Below the pieces are notes generated by a model that was not told the origin of the DNA, made no database searches, and worked only from the letters and a program-made list of their open reading frames with translations. From positions 9,231-73,230 of the forward strand of contig NZ_CAMFKW010000010.1 in assembly GCF_945957345.1 (NCBI RefSeq): 64,000 nt of DNA, read 5' to 3'. Position numbers and translations under genes: made by a program. Each line of letters starts with the position of its first letter. Position 1 is the first letter of the stretch. Origin of the DNA: an uncultured Bosea sp. (GTDB taxonomy: Bacteria; Pseudomonadota; Alphaproteobacteria; Rhizobiales; Beijerinckiaceae). Shown here piece by piece: positions 62,279 through 64,000 of the stretch.

Positions 62279-63784
62279 TCAGATGCTGAGATCGACGCCG
62301 CCGAGCCGGACAAAGCGGCGCTGTGGGGCGGGGTCGGTCGAAAGGGGGGCGTCTTCGGTGAGTTCGAGACCGCTGGGCTGCCGCTGGCGCTGCGGCGCCT
62401 CGTCCTGCTGGCGGTTCTGGCGGAAGGCCGATTGATCGGACGGGTCGCGCAAGGTGATGTCGACGCCGCCATCGGACGGCTTCAAGCCCGCCTGCTCGAA
62501 GGCGCGCTCCAGCGTGCGTGCATCGCGCTGCAGGAGATGCAGAGTCTCGACCCGGTCCACAACCAGCTTAGCGCTGACCTCGCCCTTGTCGGAGATCGAC
62601 AGGTTGACGTCGACGCGGCCGAGCTCGTCGGGATCAAGCCGGATGTCGAACTGCCGCGAGCCGGACATCGCCCGCAGGCCGATCTCGATCGGCACGACAT
62701 GGATCGGCGTCGGCTGCTGGCTGCTCGCTGTACCCTGTCCGGGAGCTCCGGGCGCTGTGCCCGCCGCCGCATTCGGATCGAACGGCTGGAGCAGACGATC
62801 CTGTCCAGGCTTTCCGGGCACTTGCAACAGGGTGGACAGGTCGAACGGAGCCGCCGGCTGCTGCTGGAGAGCGTCGAACGCCTTCGCATCGGCGGAAGCC
62901 GCTGCACCTTTGGCGGCAGCCGGCTGATCGGCCTTGGCCAGGATGTCGGCGAATTCCTGCGCGCCCTGCCCCGTCGTCCCTGCGGCGTGGGCGTTGCCCG
63001 GCACTGCCTTGCCATCCGCCGCCGAAGCGGCCCCTGCCTGCGGCTGTTCCGGCGTTGAGAGCGCAACCAGCGGCAGCCCGGCGGCCGCGACGGCAAGGCC
63101 CGGCTTCGCGGTATCCTTCTTCGCTCCACCTTCGGCCGAGACGGCTTCCGTGGCCTCGCCGGCGGCTCCATCGACGGCAATCAGCGCCCCTTGCTGAAGC
63201 AGAGCAGGCACGATCGTCACTGCGACCGGCGTCGCCACAGCCTGATTTTGGGTCACCGGAACGGCGCCAGCCGCCGCGGCCTCGCCTTTATCTTCGGCTG
63301 CTGCCTTGCCTTCTTTCTTCGTCCCGTCCTTGCCGGCCTCGCCCACGGCCTCCCCGGCTTTCGTCGCGACACCTTCGCCAGCCGCATCGGGCTGAGTGCC
63401 GGCCTGGGCGGCGGCCATCGCGATCAGGAAGGCGATTCCGCTCGCGTCCGCCTTCGCGGCCGGCGGGGCGGGTTTGCCGGATGCTGCGGGCGCCGTGACA
63501 GGCACGGCCGGCACGACGGCGGTTTGAGATGCATTCGCTTGCGCCTGGACTTTGGCGGGATCGACGACCAGCTCGGCAACCGCGGCTTCCTGGGCCGCCA
63601 CGACCTCGCCGGAAGCAGCCGCCTTCCCTGTCGTGCCTGCCTTGGCCACGCCGGTGTCGACGGCGTCGGTCTCGGGCAGCGTGAAGACCTCGCCGCCCTC
63701 GCGCTGCTCGGTTTGAGCAGTGCGCGACCGGGCAGCCGGAGCGTCGGCAGTGGCCTGACTGGTGAACGCAGACTGGATCGGCAT
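62279..63784 (-). CDS. fliK: Flagellar hook-length control protein FliK
   Basis: Long Ala-rich N-region and C-terminal FDIRLDPDELGRVDVNL...LQRDARTLERAFEQAGL. Directly upstream of flgD. Confidence 0.9.
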   Translation of the reverse strand: MPIQSAFTSQATADAPAARSRTAQTEQREGGEVFTLPETDAVDTGVAKAGTTGKAAASGEVVAAQEAAVAELVVDPAKVQAQANASQTAVVPAVPVTAPAASGKPAPPAAKADASGIAFLIAMAAAQAGTQPDAAGEGVATKAGEAVGEAGKDGTKKEGKAAAEDKGEAAAAGAVPVTQNQAVATPVAVTIVPALLQQGALIAVDGAAGEATEAVSAEGGAKKDTAKPGLAVAAAGLPLVALSTPEQPQAGAASAADGKAVPGNAHAAGTTGQGAQEFADILAKADQPAAAKGAAASADAKAFDALQQQPAAPFDLSTLLQVPGKPGQDRLLQPFDPNAAAGTAPGAPGQGTASSQQPTPIHVVPIEIGLRAMSGSRQFDIRLDPDELGRVDVNLSISDKGEVSAKLVVDRVETLHLLQRDARTLERAFEQAGLKPSDGGVDITLRDPSDQSAFRQNRQQDEAPQRQRQPSGLELTEDAPLSTDPAPQRRFVRLGGVDLSI

Positions 63785-63838
63785 GAACGGTCCCGTGACG
63801 CGGGCAACAACGCGCCCGACCCTGTCCAGCAAGTTGCA

Positions 63839-63854
63839 AGCCAGAAACGTGCCG
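63839..63854 (-). promoter_or_regulatory. Sigma54 (-24/-12) promoter of fliK-flgD
   Basis: Minus strand CGGCACGTTTCTGGCT gives GG-N10-GC with GGCACG. Confidence 0.7.
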
Positions 63855-63859
63855 TTTTG

Positions 63860-63872
63860 AATCAAGGCCTTA
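63860..63872. promoter_or_regulatory. IHF binding site
   Basis: AATCAA-GGCC-TTA is an exact WATCAANNNNTTR match next to the -24 element. Confidence 0.6.
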
Positions 63873-63926
63873 GAGCGGTTGCGCCACGGCAGACAGGCAA
63901 GATGAGCCCGGTTTCGCAGCCCGGAT

Positions 63927-63941
63927 CGGCAGGATTTGCCG
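63927..63941. promoter_or_regulatory. FlbD ftr-like enhancer
   Basis: CGGCAG-GAT-TTGCCG within GATCGGCA-GGATT-TGCCGATC, about 75-90 bp upstream of the sigma54 site. Confidence 0.6.
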
Positions 63942-64000
63942 ATCCTGCTGGCGGCATCCGGCCAAAGCCGGTATAGAGCCGGCACATGCGCCGATGCCCG

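Noticed and set aside
1-64000. CRISPR arrays, tRNA or rRNA genes, IS elements, prophage, defence systems
   Set aside because: I saw no regularly spaced repeats, RNA gene signatures, or transposase, integrase or phage motifs. A covariance-model scan was not possible, so small RNAs may be missed.

Overview
A high-GC (roughly two-thirds G+C by eye) alphaproteobacterial chromosome segment. Gene content and synteny point to Hyphomicrobiales, most like Bosea (inference). No rRNA, tRNA, CRISPR array or transposase was recognised. Left half: a MoxR/DUF58/BatA-DUF4159/vWA module; a GNAT with a candidate Arg-codon leader peptide; a signal-peptide-bearing argininosuccinate-lyase-superfamily enzyme whose catalytic His position is Asn; housekeeping genes (NUDIX, metallophosphoesterase, SDR, ABC-F, ExoZ-like acyltransferase, glk, hyi-like); and a biosynthetic island (opgH-fkbM, MDR dehydrogenase, atypical PTPS, GT4, SAM methyltransferase, cytochrome b561, GTP cyclohydrolase II, YfhO-like protein) with sigma-EcfG-type promoters. 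Right half: the cell-cycle and motility locus (eipA, chpT, cheAWYBR, ctrA, fliI, fliJ, flhA, flbD, fliN, fliH, fliG, fliF, sciP, flgD, fliK) with readable CtrA boxes, FlbD ftr elements, an IHF site and a sigma54 promoter. Accessory genes interrupt this locus. They include a CutF/CruR-like Cys/RPPR leader ahead of a DUF305 gene, and two paralogous Tat-signal peptides with a shared DAEFxQ junction and Arg/Val- or Arg/Tyr-rich tails, each behind an EcfG-type promoter. The best candidates for undescribed systems are the stress-linked GTP-derived glycoconjugate cluster (18.3-28.7 kb), the Tat cationic peptide pair (53.5-55.8 kb), the exported C-N lyase (7.2-8.7 kb) and two candidate ribosome-stalling leaders (6.9 kb and 48.1 kb). 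All family assignments come from motif reading and memory. No database search was run.
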